Source: Escherichia coli (GTDB lineage: Bacteria > Pseudomonadota > Gammaproteobacteria > Enterobacterales > Enterobacteriaceae). From it: DNA of 64,000 bases. How positions within the stretch are numbered: position 1 is the stretch's first letter; each line of letters opens with the position of its first letter. Below the pieces are notes generated by a model. It was not told where the DNA came from and searched no databases. It saw nothing but the letters and a program-made list of their open reading frames with translations. Below are positions 1 to 15,213 of this stretch, piece by piece. The stretch lies in assembly GCF_013122565.1 (NCBI RefSeq), contig NZ_CP053258.1, one strand, 5' to 3'. The position numbers were made by a program, and so were the translations under genes.

Positions 1-3766
<3,766 letters not shown>

Positions 3767-4079
3767 GCTTACCTTCCCTGAACGAGCTAACATAAATGCG
3801 CCCTTTCTAGCACAGCGAAAAAATGTAAATCCTGATAGCAATATGATTGAAAATTAATAACTTTTCGTTAGGCAGTTTTGGGTGTGAGTTGCAAGAGGGG
3901 AGACTACTGAATTACTCAAGTTTTATAATCGAGGGGAAAATGGTGATGGCGTCCATAGCAAAACGCCCTCAACCATTAAGGTCGAAGGCGCTTAAGATGT
4001 CAAAAACCCGCTATCCGTTAAAAAGCAATGCTCAACTAAGGTCAGTGACATTGCGCTAAAAAAGCGAATTTTTAGAATT

Positions 4080-4155
4080 TGGCTCCTCTGACTGGACTCG
4101 AACCAGTGACATACGGATTAACAGTCCGCCGTTCTACCGACTGAACTACAGAGGA
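4080..4155 (-). tRNA. asnT: tRNA-Asn (GUU)
   Basis: Reverse complement of 4080..4155 is a 76-nt tRNA-Asn sequence ending in CCA, matching the recalled E. coli tRNA-Asn. Confidence 0.93.
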
Positions 4156-4255
4156 ATCGTGTGAACGGGGCGCATATTACTTAGCGGTACCTTGTCTGTC
4201 AACACTAAATTTCATAAGTCATTTCAATTGGTTAATTAATCTGCAAAGTTGTTAA

Positions 4256-5053
4256 TTAATGAACATTCGTCGCCGAAAACGAGTCTGTATCATTAGCGTG
4301 ATGCAGTCTCTGCAAAGGATCTTGTTGATAAAATTGGCAGAAACGTTGCCACAATGAAGGGAAACGAGGAGCAAAAAGTTCTGGGGCGCTAAAGAAATAT
4401 TCAGAAAGTACGGCAAAACATTCAGCAGGATCACTGGCAGCATAAGCATCAATGCTCGCCGCATTCTCGCCAACCAATTCGATTTCTTCCTGAATGTTGT
4501 TCATTGCAGCATGAAGATCGTGTTCCCAGCCAGCAACCTCACGCAACGGAATAAAGGGAACTCCGCTGGCGCGATCGCCGTTACGGGTGTCCAGCTTATG
4601 AGCGACTTCATGAATAATCAGGTTAAAACCAGAAGCATCAAAAGAATCTTGTATATCCAACCAGTTCAAAACGATAGGCCCTTGCTGCCAGCTCTGACCT
4701 GACTGAACAATACGTTGGTTATGCACCAGACCGATATCGTCTTCCCATTCATCATCGACCACAAATGGCGCAGGATAAATTAAGACTTCATGAAAACCAT
4801 CCAGCCATTCCAGTCCTAACTCCAGAACGGGTAGGGAAAATAGAAGTGCTATCCGGCAGCTTCTTAATGAATCCAGTTCAAAGCCCTGTAAAGGAACAAG
4901 CCGCTTTTGCTGTAAAAAACGTTCGGCAAGAGTGACTAATTTGCTTTGTTCCTGTTCCGTCAGACACGTTAAAAGGGGGATCGATAGTGCTTCCTGCCAG
5001 GGAAGGGCAGTTTGATGTGCTGATTCTTGTACTTTCCAGGGCCACTTAATCAT
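4256..5053 (-). CDS. mtfA: Mlc titration factor A (265 aa)
   Basis: ORF 4256..5092 (-) contains [14 protein letters not shown]...; start set at internal ATG 5053 to give the recalled 265-aa protein. Confidence 0.88.
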   Translation of the reverse strand: MIKWPWKVQESAHQTALPWQEALSIPLLTCLTEQEQSKLVTLAERFLQQKRLVPLQGFELDSLRSCRIALLFSLPVLELGLEWLDGFHEVLIYPAPFVVDDEWEDDIGLVHNQRIVQSGQSWQQGPIVLNWLDIQDSFDASGFNLIIHEVAHKLDTRNGDRASGVPFIPLREVAGWEHDLHAAMNNIQEEIELVGENAASIDAYAASDPAECFAVLSEYFFSAPELFAPRFPSLWQRFCQFYQQDPLQRLHHANDTDSFSATNVH

Positions 5054-5146
5054 CGTTTTGCTCGCAAACTCGTCACTTGAACAAAATTGCACGGACAGGG
5101 ACTGTTAAAATGCCAAATTTCCTGGCATCATGGCAACCATCTGAAC

Positions 5147-5236
5147 GGAGAGATGCCGGAGCGGCTGAACGGACCGGTCTCGAAAACCGGAGTAGGGGCA
5201 ACTCTACCGGGGGTTCAAATCCCCCTCTCTCCGCCA
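5147..5236 (+). tRNA. serU: tRNA-Ser (CGA)
   Basis: 90-nt sequence GGAGAGATGCCGGAGCGGCTGAACGGACCGGTCTCGAAAACCGG...TCTCCGCCA read directly; long variable arm, CCA end. Confidence 0.93.
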
Positions 5237-5805
5237 CTTTATCAATGACTTATCTCCCGACTTCCCGCCTTGCTTTTCCTAAACAGAACAATCGTAGAAT
5301 ATTCTTGAAGGGTTAGATCGTCACTGTTTTCTGTTCGATACTGTGACATTCAGCACTTGATTCGCTATGGATCTGACAGGAAGGTTTCGAGCGAAAATGT
5401 GCAGTTATTCAGTCGTTTTCTTATCGCTCACCATTCTTCTTTTAGACATTCATCCTATGAAACTGCCGCAAAGTTGGTGGTGGGAACTGAAGTTGCGTAG
5501 AGAAGGGGTCAATAATTGAGCCAAAAAAGGAACGCGGCCGTCAGATTAAAGCCGCGGGACAAAGTCCATAATTTCCAAGAGTTGTTGAATTTCCCAGCTT
5601 TTTTGAAAGCCTTTGTATCATACTAACAAGTAAAAAAGGTTTAAATACCAAAATTAACCTGTATTTTTGATAAGTCTTACCATTGTACGATTTACACAGT
5701 TTCTGCTCCTCCTTGTTGATAGTGGAAAGAGTGCATTATGCACTTGCGTAAACATTTATGATGCGTTGATGTCCAGGGTTCACATTTCCTTGTCAGGGGA
5801 TCGAC

Positions 5806-6336
5806 TTATTTGCGGCGAGGCATCATTCGTAACAGAGTATTATCTTTCTGAATGTAGTGATGAAAGAGTGCTGCGCCAGCGTGAGCTGCGATTAAAAAGT
5901 AACCTATATTTGCCCAGGTTTCGTGAATATTTTTTATCAGTGCTTTAATTTCGCTGTTTGGGGTAACAAAGGGAGACACATTGAAACCAAGGAAACTCCA
6001 CGATTTTCCACTGTAAGCCATTAAAGCAATCCCCAGCAGAGGAAGCGCAAGGAAGGTTATATAAAGCATGATGTGCATTAGCGAAGCCGCTTTCATTTGC
6101 CAGGCAGGTGGCGGTGGCACAATAGAAGGATCACTATAACGGTGTTTTATAATCAGGCGTGAAAACATTAACACCCAAACGAATATACCCGCATTGTAAT
6201 GTGTTTCTCGCATCAGCAGATAAGTATTACTACCTTTAGGAAACCAGCCACGGAGTTCCATCGCGGCATAGGTTATTGCAACGAAAAGCAGCGTTATCCA
6301 ATGTAAATAAATTTGAGTTTTTGAGAATCGGTTCAT
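5806..6336 (-). CDS. yodB: Cytochrome b561 family membrane protein YodB (176 aa)
   Basis: ORF 5806..6366 (-) contains MNRFSKTQIYLHWITLLFV...; start set at ATG 6336. Confidence 0.85.
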   Translation of the reverse strand: MNRFSKTQIYLHWITLLFVAITYAAMELRGWFPKGSNTYLLMRETHYNAGIFVWVLMFSRLIIKHRYSDPSIVPPPPAWQMKAASLMHIMLYITFLALPLLGIALMAYSGKSWSFLGFNVSPFVTPNSEIKALIKNIHETWANIGYFLIAAHAGAALFHHYIQKDNTLLRMMPRRK

Positions 6337-6678
6337 TTTTGTAGCTCCTGTAATTTTCACAGTCAAGCTATCCCACGAACCTTAAAAATTCCTTATACAG
6401 ATGTGGTTTTAAGAATTTGTTATTTAAAAAATTGATAGTGCACATTGTAACCAGCCAATATAAGCAATGGCGAGAGCACAGGTATCTAACTCTGTTGGCC
6501 GTATTGTGTATGGAATCCGTTATTGGTTAACTCAATGCGGGTTAGCTTATTAATATACAGACACGTCATAGTGATGAGCGTGTCTGTAGCTAGCTTGCGT
6601 TCAGTGGCGTTTATGGATGCACCAGTGGCAGTTATGATGACTTACTAAAGCGGCATCGAGACGTTATCATGAGAATAC

Positions 6679-7329
6679 TCAATGAGACATCATTTCCTCG
6701 ACCACTTCTTCGCTACTCAACTGATATGGATAATACGTTGGCCAGTTTTCCATTTCATTCAATAAAGATTGCTGTGAATCATTACCCATAAAAATGTGAA
6801 AATGAGATGATTTTCGTGGTGCAATTATATGATCGCTAAATTGTATATATTTAGGGGCTTTGCTTTTAGGATCTTTACATTCGAATAAGTAACGAACGCC
6901 TTTCTTGCCTGATTTATAGGTGAGTATTTTGTATCCATCGTAATCATATTTACAGGATGTTGTTTCATTATTTCTATGGAATTCAACAATGCCGTCCTCA
7001 ATGCCAATCATCTCGATATCTGTCGCATAACCTTTGTGATAATAATCTTTAATTTCAGCAAATATTTTAGTTTTATCTGCATCCGCTTTTTTCTGAAAGA
7101 CGGGGTCAAGTTTGCCACTTTGCAGTAAAGGATAAACGGATTGCCAGACTCCATCCCAGTCACTTAGCGTTCGGTTTTTTACATTGGCATCATCAAAAAC
7201 ACCATTAGCAGCTTTTTGTTCGATCTCTGTTAAAGGTTTACCGTGTGAGTGATGACCATGCGAAAAGGCAGGAGCGCTAACAATAAAGACACCTAAAGCA
7301 ATAGCCAGTTTATGAAGACGAATCGCCAA
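6679..7329 (-). CDS. zinT: Periplasmic zinc/cadmium-binding protein ZinT
   Basis: 216-aa ORF with HGHHSHGK motif; first codon is TTG, preceded by GGAGGA at about 9 nt. Confidence 0.88.
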   Translation of the reverse strand: MAIRLHKLAIALGVFIVSAPAFSHGHHSHGKPLTEIEQKAANGVFDDANVKNRTLSDWDGVWQSVYPLLQSGKLDPVFQKKADADKTKIFAEIKDYYHKGYATDIEMIGIEDGIVEFHRNNETTSCKYDYDGYKILTYKSGKKGVRYLFECKDPKSKAPKYIQFSDHIIAPRKSSHFHIFMGNDSQQSLLNEMENWPTYYPYQLSSEEVVEEMMSH

Positions 7330-7362
7330 AACAGTTTCCTCCAGAGTTAATGTATATGATGT

Positions 7363-7385
7363 GTAATGTTATATTGTAACATATA
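7363..7385. promoter_or_regulatory. Zur-box-like palindrome upstream of zinT
   Basis: ATGTTATATTGTAACAT palindrome (7366..7382) about 40 bp upstream of the zinT start; resembles the recalled Zur box consensus. Confidence 0.5.
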
Positions 7386-7522
7386 ACAAAATGCAACAAC
7401 TCTTAGGAGACAAGAGAATAGTTCTCTCAGGTGTGCTTATCTATCTTATTGAAATAAAATAAATTATGTTGGTAATTTGAGGTTGATGACAAACGAAACA
7501 TAACCTGATGCGATCTGTGTAT

Positions 7523-7552
7523 GCCGGATAGGGCGCTCGCGCCGCATCCGGC
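7523..7552. repeat. REP (repetitive extragenic palindrome) element
   Basis: GCCGGATAGGGCGCTCGCGCCGCATCCGGC-type palindrome between zinT and msrQ; approximate coordinates. Confidence 0.5.
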
Positions 7553-7585
7553 AGGGATAACGCGTACTTTGTCGGCAATATGAAA

Positions 7586-8221
7586 TTATACAGATAATTT
7601 GTTGTGAACCTGCTTGCGTAACCGGTTAAAAAGGGAACGCAACTTCTTATACCGTAAGGCTAAAAGCAGTACAGCCAGCCCAGCGTAGATGAGCGGCTGC
7701 GGTGAAATAATCTTCACTGACCACAGATAATGTATTGGGGCCAGGATCGCGACAAGATAGACGAAATTATGCAACTGTTGCCAGTGCTTGCCGAGTTTTC
7801 GCTGCATCGCCTGGGTTGAAGTAAACGCTAAAGCAAGCAAAATAACCCAGCTGATAATTCCTAACGTTAAATAAGGCCGGGTAATTAACTCCTTGCCTAA
7901 TAACGCCAGATTATTCACGCCCAGCTCCAGCAATGCGTAACTGGTTAAATGCAGTGTCGCCCAGGCAAAGCACCATAAGCCTAACAGGCGGCGAGTGCGT
8001 ATCAATAACGGCTGTTTTGCGTAGCGTGCCAGAGGTGTGATTAACAAGGTCGCCAGCAAAAATTTCAGTGCAGTGCGACCGGTAAAATGCTGAATATCTT
8101 TCACCGGATCGGCACCCAGTCCACCGTGATTGATCGCCCAGACCAGCCAGAGAAACGGCAACAATCCGGCAAGATGCAGGCAAACTTTCAGCCATGTCAC
8201 CTGTTTTGCTGTCAGACGCAT
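7586..8221 (-). CDS. msrQ: Methionine sulfoxide reductase heme-binding membrane subunit MsrQ
   Basis: 211-aa [26 protein letters not shown]...; ATG at 8221; directly downstream of msrP. Confidence 0.9.
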   Translation of the reverse strand: MRLTAKQVTWLKVCLHLAGLLPFLWLVWAINHGGLGADPVKDIQHFTGRTALKFLLATLLITPLARYAKQPLLIRTRRLLGLWCFAWATLHLTSYALLELGVNNLALLGKELITRPYLTLGIISWVILLALAFTSTQAMQRKLGKHWQQLHNFVYLVAILAPIHYLWSVKIISPQPLIYAGLAVLLLALRYKKLRSLFNRLRKQVHNKLSV

Positions 8222-9232
<1,011 letters not shown>

Positions 9233-9334
9233 TCACACTTTTTTGTCGTTAGCCAGCAAGAGCCGTTTACTGTTAATCTGTCAGGGAGTGTCCTCCCTAA
9301 CAGTAGCAGAGATCTGCTTTTACATATTTATGCA

Positions 9335-9748
9335 TTAACTGCCACGATAGGTTGAATACCCATATTGGCTAAGTAATAAAGGCACATGATAATGCTCGTT
9401 CACTTTATTAATATGAAATTCAACGGGGATCTCAGGGAAGAAACTTTCAAGATTTTGTTTCTTGAAATAGTCCCCGGTTTTAAATACGACACGGTAATCG
9501 CCAGTAGTCGCAGTTTGCTCGGGCCACAGTGCCTTAATTCGTCCATCCTTATCTGTTTTGGCGGTATTAAGTTGTAACCAGCCGTTATCCGCCTTCTTTT
9601 CAAGAGTGACTGTCACGTCAGCAGCGGGTTTTCCTGTTTGCTGGTTCAAAATGTGCACGCTAAGAATGTTTTGTTGTGCAGCATAGACCAAAGAAGGTAA
9701 TGAAAATGCAGCCGTTACTACGGAGAGTACTAAATAACGCTTTAACAT
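9335..9748 (-). CDS. hiuH: 5-hydroxyisourate hydrolase (transthyretin-like)
   Basis: 137-aa ORF ending YRGS, with signal peptide; divergent from hprR. Confidence 0.88.
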   Translation of the reverse strand: MLKRYLVLSVVTAAFSLPSLVYAAQQNILSVHILNQQTGKPAADVTVTLEKKADNGWLQLNTAKTDKDGRIKALWPEQTATTGDYRVVFKTGDYFKKQNLESFFPEIPVEFHINKVNEHYHVPLLLSQYGYSTYRGS

Positions 9749-9880
9749 GTTTATATCCTTGTCATGTGAATGAGTTTTGAGGATAGCGAAAAAGCGTCCA
9801 GGGTAACCTTACAGCAGCATTACAATTTTGTAATGAACCAGGCTGTTTCTATAACATATGATTTATGGCATATTATTTTC

Positions 9881-10552
9881 ATGAAGATTTTACTTATTGA
9901 AGATAATCAAAGGACCCAGGAATGGGTAACGCAGGGGCTTTCCGAAGCGGGTTATGTCATTGATGCCGTTTCTGATGGCAGAGATGGGCTTTATCTTGCG
10001 CTGAAGGATGATTATGCATTGATCATTCTGGATATTATGCTTCCGGGTATGGATGGCTGGCAGATCTTACAAACGTTAAGAACAGCAAAGCAAACCCCTG
10101 TTATTTGCCTTACTGCAAGGGATTCTGTCGATGACAGAGTCAGAGGGCTGGACAGTGGAGCAAATGATTATCTGGTAAAACCTTTTTCATTTTCTGAGTT
10201 GCTGGCAAGGGTTCGGGCACAATTAAGGCAACATCACGCTCTGAATTCAACATTAGAAATCAGTGGCTTAAGAATGGACTCTGTTAGTCAAAGTGTGAGC
10301 AGGGACAATATCAGTATTACACTGACGCGCAAGGAGTTTCAGTTACTTTGGCTACTGGCCTCCAGAGCTGGCGAAATTATCCCCAGAACGGTTATTGCGA
10401 GTGAAATTTGGGGAATCAACTTTGATAGTGATACCAATACGGTGGACGTCGCCATTCGCAGGCTCCGCGCAAAAGTTGATGATCCTTTTCCTGAAAAGCT
10501 AATTGCCACAATCCGTGGGATGGGATATTCATTCGTAGCGGTAAAAAAATAA
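9881..10552 (+). CDS. hprR: Two-component response regulator HprR (OmpR family, 223 aa)
   Basis: ORF 9770..10552 contains MKILLIEDNQRTQEW...; start set at ATG 9881; stop overlaps hprS start (TAATG). Confidence 0.88.
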   Translation: MKILLIEDNQRTQEWVTQGLSEAGYVIDAVSDGRDGLYLALKDDYALIILDIMLPGMDGWQILQTLRTAKQTPVICLTARDSVDDRVRGLDSGANDYLVKPFSFSELLARVRAQLRQHHALNSTLEISGLRMDSVSQSVSRDNISITLTRKEFQLLWLLASRAGEIIPRTVIASEIWGINFDSDTNTVDVAIRRLRAKVDDPFPEKLIATIRGMGYSFVAVKK

Positions 10553-11910
10553 TGAAAAGATTGTCTATTACCGTCCGTTTAACCTTGCTTTTTATATTGC
10601 TGCTGTCTGTTGCTGGCGCTGGAATTGTCTGGACTCTCTATAATGGCCTCGCAAGTGAGTTGAAATGGCGCGATGATACAACACTCATTAACCGGACTGC
10701 GCAGATCAAGCAGTTGTTAATTGATGGGGTAAATCCAGATACGTTACCTGTATACTTTAACCGGATGATGGATGTTAGTCAGGATATCTTGATCATTCAT
10801 GGTGATGGCATCAATAAAATTGTTAACCGGACAAATGTCAGTGATGACATGTTAAATAACATACCTGCGACTGAAACAATCAGCGCAGCTGGCATTTACA
10901 GAAGCATTATTAATGACACAGAGATAGATGCTTTACGAATTAATATTGATGAAGTTTCGCCATCATTAACGGTTACTGTGGCTAAATTGGCTTCAGCCAG
11001 ACATAACATGCTTGAACAGTATAAAATCAATAGCATTATAATTTGCATTGTCGCCATTATACTGTGCTCAGTATTAAGTCCGCTGTTAATCAGAACGGGG
11101 TTACGAGAGATCAAAAAGTTGAGTGGTGTAACGGAAGCGCTGAATTATAACGATAGCCGGGAGCCTGTTGAGGTTAGCGCATTACCGAGAGAACTAAAAC
11201 CTCTTGGGCAGGCGTTGAATAAAATGCATCATGCTTTAGTCAAAGATTTCGAGCGTCTAAGTCAGTTTGCTGACGATCTCGCTCATGAACTTAGAACGCC
11301 AATTAATGCATTACTGGGTCAGAATCAGGTTACGCTCAGTCAAACCAGAAGTATCGCTGAATATCAAAAAACAATTGCCGGAAACATTGAAGAGCTGGAA
11401 AATATTTCGCGGTTAACAGAGAACATACTGTTTCTTGCCAGGGCAGATAAAAACAATGTTTTGGTGAAACTGGACTCGCTTTCTCTCAATAAGGAAGTCA
11501 AAAATTTGTTGGACTATCTTGAATACCTTTCAGACGAGAAAGAGATTTGCTTTAAGGTCGAGTGCAATCAGCAAATCTTTGCGGATAAAATTTTACTGCA
11601 ACGAATGTTATCGAATCTTATTGTTAACGCTATTCGATATTCGCCAGAAAAATCGCGCATTCAGATAACCAGTTTTCTTGATACCAACGGATCTCTTAAT
11701 ATTGATATCGCCAGCCCCGGAACGAAAATTCATGAGCCTGAAAAACTCTTCCGTAGATTTTGGCGGGGAGATAATTCGCGTCATTCCGTAGGTCAGGGAC
11801 TTGGCCTTTCTTTAGTCAAAGCGATTGCCGAATTACATGGGGGAAGTGCTACGTATCACTATCTCAATAAGCATAATGTGTTCCGGATTACGTTGCCGCA
11901 AAGAAATTAA
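10552..11910 (+). CDS. hprS: Sensor histidine kinase HprS
   Basis: 452-aa ORF with HELRTP H-box and ATPase motifs; coupled to hprR. Confidence 0.88.
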   Translation: MKRLSITVRLTLLFILLLSVAGAGIVWTLYNGLASELKWRDDTTLINRTAQIKQLLIDGVNPDTLPVYFNRMMDVSQDILIIHGDGINKIVNRTNVSDDMLNNIPATETISAAGIYRSIINDTEIDALRINIDEVSPSLTVTVAKLASARHNMLEQYKINSIIICIVAIILCSVLSPLLIRTGLREIKKLSGVTEALNYNDSREPVEVSALPRELKPLGQALNKMHHALVKDFERLSQFADDLAHELRTPINALLGQNQVTLSQTRSIAEYQKTIAGNIEELENISRLTENILFLARADKNNVLVKLDSLSLNKEVKNLLDYLEYLSDEKEICFKVECNQQIFADKILLQRMLSNLIVNAIRYSPEKSRIQITSFLDTNGSLNIDIASPGTKIHEPEKLFRRFWRGDNSRHSVGQGLGLSLVKAIAELHGGSATYHYLNKHNVFRITLPQRN

Positions 11911-12016
11911 CATAGGCTTCAGTACGCCATAAATTAACCGTGAAAAAACGCAGCCACGTCGTGAGTACTAACGCAGCTGCGATTGATTATGCGCTTACAT
12001 TCAAACGTAACAGGGA

Positions 12017-12868
12017 TTAACCCGCGTAAGCTGCCAGCATTTCCTGCGCCGCCAGTTTACCCAACGCATTCGCTGCGAAAGGACTGTCGCCGGTGAGAAC
12101 TTTACGGTCCTTATGTACTCGCCCGGTGATGTCGTCATTAATAATGTTCATGCCCATTTTCTTCAGCTCTTCGCCGAAGTACCAGGTGAGATGACCCGGC
12201 ATATAGCCTATCTCTGGCGTTTGTTTGTCTGCGGCGTCTGGGAATGCGCAAATGGAATAACCATTCAGTGGGTTATCGCCGTGGCGAAGCGCCAGAAAAG
12301 CCGCCGGGCCGTGGCAAAGGGAGATAACAAAACGGTCATTTTTGATTGCCCACTGTAAAGCGGCAGCTACGTCCTGGCTTTCAGGTAAACCAATAAGTGC
12401 GCCATGACCACCAGGAACAAAGATTGCTGCATATTCGCTGTCTGCGTTGAGGCTGGCGACAACATCCGCGAGTTTCTTCGGATTGCGGAACAACGATTTA
12501 TGCTGCTCAAAGAATGGCATTACTTTTTCATCTTTGTGCGGCATAGCCCAGTATTCAAACTTGGTCATCAGACCGGAAATGGTCGCCACTTCGAATTCGA
12601 AACCTGCAGCATGGAGATGATACAACGGCAGCAACGTTTCAATCGGATGGTTACCGGTCGAGAACAGTTTTCCGTTATCGGTCGGCAAATAACGTTCGTC
12701 CGCGGCGATCACCAGAATTTTATGTTTACCGCGATACGGTTTTGGATAGTCCACGCCATCAAGATCAGAGACAGGACTGGTATATTGGCTAAGCGAATAT
12801 TCTGAAGGGAAGAATGCATTATCTTCAGCAATATCGACCTGCGGGTTTTTACTTGTTTGAACAGTCAT
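12017..12868 (-). CDS. hchA: Hsp31 glyoxalase / protein deglycase HchA
   Basis: 283-aa ORF MTVQTSKNPQVDIAEDNAFFPSEYSLSQYTSP...; DJ-1/PfpI-type catalytic Cys context (ISLCHGP). Confidence 0.9.
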   Translation of the reverse strand: MTVQTSKNPQVDIAEDNAFFPSEYSLSQYTSPVSDLDGVDYPKPYRGKHKILVIAADERYLPTDNGKLFSTGNHPIETLLPLYHLHAAGFEFEVATISGLMTKFEYWAMPHKDEKVMPFFEQHKSLFRNPKKLADVVASLNADSEYAAIFVPGGHGALIGLPESQDVAAALQWAIKNDRFVISLCHGPAAFLALRHGDNPLNGYSICAFPDAADKQTPEIGYMPGHLTWYFGEELKKMGMNIINDDITGRVHKDRKVLTGDSPFAANALGKLAAQEMLAAYAG

Positions 12869-13380
12869 AGTGTATTCCTTATTGTTGCTTAGTTAGGGTA
12901 GTCACTATATTTGCGACTGAGCTGGTCGCTATTTTTAACCAGGCTGGAAAATTGAGTCAATATATCGAAAGCGGTAGTCGGCGGGTGTAAGTATGTAATG
13001 ATGATGCTGCACTGGTGTTGAATATTATTCACGCCAAATTTTCCTTATTGAGCTACGTCGTCGCAAGTGGCCTCAATGATTTTAGACCATTATCAGAGGT
13101 ACGGGGCGGCGGGGAGAGATTTAGTGCTGTGGAATATTGTGGTGCTGATGAATATTTATATCCTGGATTGGCAGAGAAAAAGCTTATTTCATGCACTATT
13201 TTTGCAAATATTTCTATATGGGAGGCGGTTTTGTTGCAGATTAATTCATAAAGAAATGCATTTGGGTCTTGGCTTTAAGAGTAGCTGGTTGATGTTATTA
13301 TGCCAGGAGGGGCAGGGTAATGTGCCGTAACGATATGCTTTGGCAATTGCGTGCGCCGCAGATGGAAATGAAATGCCAAT

Positions 13381-13416
13381 AAAAAAGCCTGAGTTCGATG
13401 AGGGACGAACTCAGGC
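13381..13416 (-). terminator. Rho-independent terminator downstream of yedS
   Basis: Hairpin GCCTGAGTTCG...CGAACTCAGGC (13387..13416) followed on the minus strand by a U-run (A-run 13381..13386 on plus). Confidence 0.55.
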
Positions 13417-13459
13417 TAGTGTTAAGTTTTACAGTAACACGCCGCAGCGAGTTGGCTGA

Positions 13460-14647
13460 TTAGAACTGGTAGACTAAGCCCACAGCAACGATATCATCGG
13501 TAGCGATGCCGTTTTCTTTGTAGAAGTCGTCGTCGTTGTCCAGCAGGTTGATTTTGTAATCAACATAGGTGGACATGTTTTTGTTGAAGTAGTAGGTCAT
13601 ACCAATATCAACATATTTAACCAGATCTTTGTTGGTGTAGTGATGATTACCCTGGCTGTCGAAGTTATCACTATTTACACCGCCTAAATCCTTACCTTTA
13701 GATTGCAGGTAAGCGATGGACGGGCGCAGGCCGAAGTCGAACTGATACTGAGCAACAACTTCAAAGTTTTGGGTTTTGTTAGCAATGGCATCAGCATCAC
13801 CGTAACCAGTCATGTTACGGGTTTCAGCATACATAGCTGCTAAGTAAACGTTATTAGCGTCGTATTTAGCACCAACGGTCCATGCTTCTGCTGTTTCACC
13901 GCCAGCAGTTGCATCGAAGCGATCTCCATAACGGGTGTTATGAGTATCTTTGTGAACCTGGTTATCGGTACGGTCAGAGTTAGAATAAGCAGCCCCCAGA
14001 CTTAAACCGAAGTCGAAGTCATAGGAAGTGGACATACCGAAGCCGTCACCGTTCTCTTTAGCTAACTTACGTCCATTACCGTTACCAGATCCTTCCTGAC
14101 CGAACGCTCCACTACCTTCATTATTACCCTGATATTGCAGAGCAAAGTTCAGGCCATCAACCTGACCGAAGAAGCCATTGTTACGGTAGGTTGCAACACC
14201 ATTGGTACGACCGTTCATGAAGTTGTCAGCACCAGCATAGGTATCGCCACCAAATTCTGGCAGCATATCGGTCCATGCTTCTACGTCATATACGACACCG
14301 TAGTTACGACCATAGTCGAAAGTACCATTCTGGCCAAAGCCTAAACCTGCAAATGCCAGACGCGTTGCGGTATTACCTTTGTCACTTTCAGGACCGTTTG
14401 CGCCAATGTTAAATTCCCACTGACCGTAACCAGTGAATTGGTCAGCGATCTGAGTTTCACCTTTGAAACCGATACGGGCATATGACATGTCGCCATCGCT
14501 GCCAGAATCATCAGAGAAGTAGTGCAGGCCCGCTACTTTTCCGTACAAATCCAGTTTATTACCATCTTTATTATAGACTTCAGCCGCATTTGCTGCGCCA
14601 GCAACTAATAACGCCGGGACCAGCATTGCCAGAACTTTTCTTTTCAT
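13460..14647 (-). CDS. yedS: Outer membrane porin YedS (OmpC/OmpF family), apparently intact
   Basis: Uninterrupted ORF 13460..14677; start set at ATG 14647 ([21 protein letters not shown] signal peptide); C-terminal ...VGLVYQF porin signature. Confidence 0.85.
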   Translation of the reverse strand: MKRKVLAMLVPALLVAGAANAAEVYNKDGNKLDLYGKVAGLHYFSDDSGSDGDMSYARIGFKGETQIADQFTGYGQWEFNIGANGPESDKGNTATRLAFAGLGFGQNGTFDYGRNYGVVYDVEAWTDMLPEFGGDTYAGADNFMNGRTNGVATYRNNGFFGQVDGLNFALQYQGNNEGSGAFGQEGSGNGNGRKLAKENGDGFGMSTSYDFDFGLSLGAAYSNSDRTDNQVHKDTHNTRYGDRFDATAGGETAEAWTVGAKYDANNVYLAAMYAETRNMTGYGDADAIANKTQNFEVVAQYQFDFGLRPSIAYLQSKGKDLGGVNSDNFDSQGNHHYTNKDLVKYVDIGMTYYFNKNMSTYVDYKINLLDNDDDFYKENGIATDDIVAVGLVYQF

Positions 14648-14958
14648 TATGTATTCCCTTGTGATTATAATCTTCATGAATATATCAATAAGTGCCGTTA
14701 TCCAAAAAAAAGCACATTTGGATACTATTCTATGAAGTTCATTTTATTTTAAGAATTACATGTAACAAATGTATTTAAAAGATTTCAAAATGTTTCCAAT
14801 CTATTTAATATAATTCAGAATTATGAATTCTAAATATAAGCATTCATGAAAATTATAGCTGTATATCAATAATTTATGAGTTAACCGGAAAAATAGGTAT
14901 TGTCAATGATTGTTGCGCCAAACGGCAGGTGTGATCACGCGCACATTAATGAAGACAT

Positions 14959-15050
14959 AAAAAAAAGCCGGCATCATGCCGGCCCAAAAAATATAAACAA
15001 GACGATAAAAGGCTAATAACAGGGTTATCATGACATAGAAATCAAAAAAG
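14959..15050 (-). ncRNA. rseX: Candidate small RNA, possibly RseX
   Basis: Minus-strand terminator: GCCGGC-ATCAT-GCCGGC hairpin (14967..14983) followed by an 8-10 nt U-run. RseX is recalled to lie between yedR and yedS. The 5' end is estimated from the recalled ~91 nt length, not seen. Confidence 0.3.
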
Positions 15051-15213
15051 GTATAATTGTATTCAGTGCTAATATATTGTTTAGGTGAATTAATAAAACC
15101 ATTACCAAAGATATAAATAAATCTTTATTGCTGATTTTCCGGTAATTATTGCAGTTGCGCAAAATTTATCTATTTGTTCAAAAAATGATTGAGTCTTGAC
15201 TGGCTCATCCAAT

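Noticed and set aside
6540-6600. Inverted repeat TACAGACACG...CGTGTCTGTA downstream of zinT, as a possible terminator
   Set aside because: No U-run on either strand after the stem, so a rho-independent terminator cannot be supported; it may just be a palindrome.
13015-13330. Two overlapping plus-strand ORFs (78 and 87 aa) in the hchA-yedS intergenic region
   Set aside because: No RBS, low-complexity translations, and the region is the expected hchA promoter plus yedS terminator; probably non-coding.
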